The notes under the pieces: model-generated
Databases searched by the model: none
What the model was told of the DNA's origin: nothing
The model's input: the letters and a program-made list of their open reading frames with translations, nothing else
In this document: positions 62,728-64,000 of the stretch, one piece after another
How positions within the stretch are numbered: the first letter of the stretch is position 1
Layout of the letters: each line of letters opens with the position of its first letter
Made by a program: the position numbers and the translations under genes
Virus record (IMG/VR): IMGVR_UViG_3300050034_000334
Length of the DNA: 64,000 nt
Source: a virus
Taxonomy: Duplodnaviria > Caudoviricetes
Strand: one strand, 5' to 3'

Positions 62728-63806
62728 GAGCGGCCTGCTGTTCAGGGCAATCGCATTTGGATTTCTTAGGCACAGATCACAGGTCGTGAAGTCGATTTTG
62801 GCAGCATAGGCCAAATTGGCGATGCCGAAAACCGCTGTTTTAGGGTCCAAGTGCGGTCAAATTCACACCGGAAGAAGCCGAGAGCAGAAAGAATAGGGCG
62901 TTTTCGGCAATCTGGATGTCAAGAAAAATCCAAATGCAATTCCCCTGGCCTGCTGTTGCCTTACCGTACACAATTTACTTGAGGTTTGTTAGTCTATTTC
63001 AGGTTATGTTTTCCATGCTGTCGAAAGTACATCGTTCCGATACAGCTTAGAGCAAAACCACAATTTACCTGCCCATAACAGCCTCATCAAAGGTGTTGAT
63101 TTCTTAAGGAAATCAACACTTTAGAGTCGTAGCCTTGGGTACACCTATTGTGGTTTTTTATAAACCCGGAAAGCCCCTCGCGTGCGTGAGCCTGGAAGCG
63201 ATCAAATCAGGAACCTATGCGGCAGGCGGTTCAAGTCCTCAAAACACCCAAAGGCTTCCCAGCAACAGCAGGATGGCGGCAACTGTAACAGCCTGGTAGA
63301 CCCTGTCCTCTGTCTGCCCGAAGCGCGCTTGCTCAATAGGGGGCGCTGGCATGGAGATGGATGCGGTTTGGGAGGAGGGTTGCATCGCGAACCTGCCTTT
63401 CTCTGCCTTCCGGCAAGGGTTACGGATTCCGGGGCTGGCCGGTTCTCACCATTGAATGATTTGACGCATGATTCCCTGTAGAAGAACCAAAGAAATCTGG
63501 GGAATCGCACAAGATCGTGACGCTGATTTGCCTATCGGTCAAGCGCGAAAAAGCATTACCAGTTTCGCAATGAGCGATGTTACGGTTGGTACTCCCGGAT
63601 GGGCGAGGCTGGTCCGCGCCGAAGCCCTCCGCCGGGGCTTCAATTCCGTTCCAATTCGGACCCGACAAGGCTAGGATGCACGATTCCGCCGAAATGATCT
63701 GCAATTCTCAGAGAATTTCAGCGATTTTGGCCTCCGGCTGGACCGGAGACCCAATTTTTCCCGTATCATTAAAGGTGCCCATAGGCAGGTTTGGAGGTGG
63801 ATTTTT

Positions 63807-64000
63807 TTGGCAGAGGTTCGAGTGCAAGAAGGCGAGCCGCTGGAAAATGCGCTGCGCCGGTTCAAGCGGAAGGTACAGCAGGAGGACATCATCAAGGAAG
63901 TCAAGCGTCACTCCTACTACCTGAAGCCCGGTGAAAAGAAACGCGTAAAGGCGGCTTTGGCGCGCAAGCGGAATCGCAAGAAGGCTCGTAAAGAGGCTGA
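63807..64000 (+). CDS. rpsU: 30S ribosomal protein S21 (TTG start, runs off the window)
   Basis: MAEVRVQEGEPLENALRRFKRKVQQEDIIKEVKRHSYYLKPGEKKR. Confidence 0.95.
   Translation, partial: MAEVRVQEGEPLENALRRFKRKVQQEDIIKEVKRHSYYLKPGEKKRVKAALARKRNRKKARKEA

Noticed and set aside
62728-63806. oriC or structured ncRNA in the 1-kb intergenic region
   Set aside because: No TTATCCACA boxes or recognisable RNA family were seen.

Overview
Positions 1 to about 56,990 are a gene-dense segment of a large (pro)phage, mostly on the minus strand. No virion-structural or integrase genes are in view. It carries a tRNA array (five Leu isoacceptors, Tyr and a permuted tRNA-like RNA), an NAD-dependent DNA ligase split in two, a Toprim protein, a SNF2-like helicase with two inteins, dUTPase, thymidylate synthase, a CCA-adding enzyme, an RNA ligase, a PurA-like/vWA/pseudokinase/TPM/PspA block, TnpB elements and many small hypothetical genes. 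From about 56,990 to the end is bacterial chromosome, probably Acidobacteriaceae-like (secreted lipoprotein, dusB, rpmE, SGNH hydrolase, DnaC-like ATPase, rpsU). Four observations stand out. (1) A 30-codon Leu/Ser/Tyr leader peptide with an overlapping antiterminator and terminator sits directly upstream of the tRNA-Tyr/Leu array; it looks like a ribosome-stalling attenuator that switches on the phage tRNAs when those same tRNAs become limiting. (2) A circularly permuted, anticodon-less tRNA-like RNA lies inside the array. (3) The LigA is split by a 1,048-bp endonuclease insertion flanked by a GATG duplication. (4) A phage promoter consensus TAACCG-N17-GTAGA(G) occurs at least 14 times, and half of these copies appear to drive leaderless mRNAs. 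All structural and functional calls were made by eye from the sequence; no searches were run.
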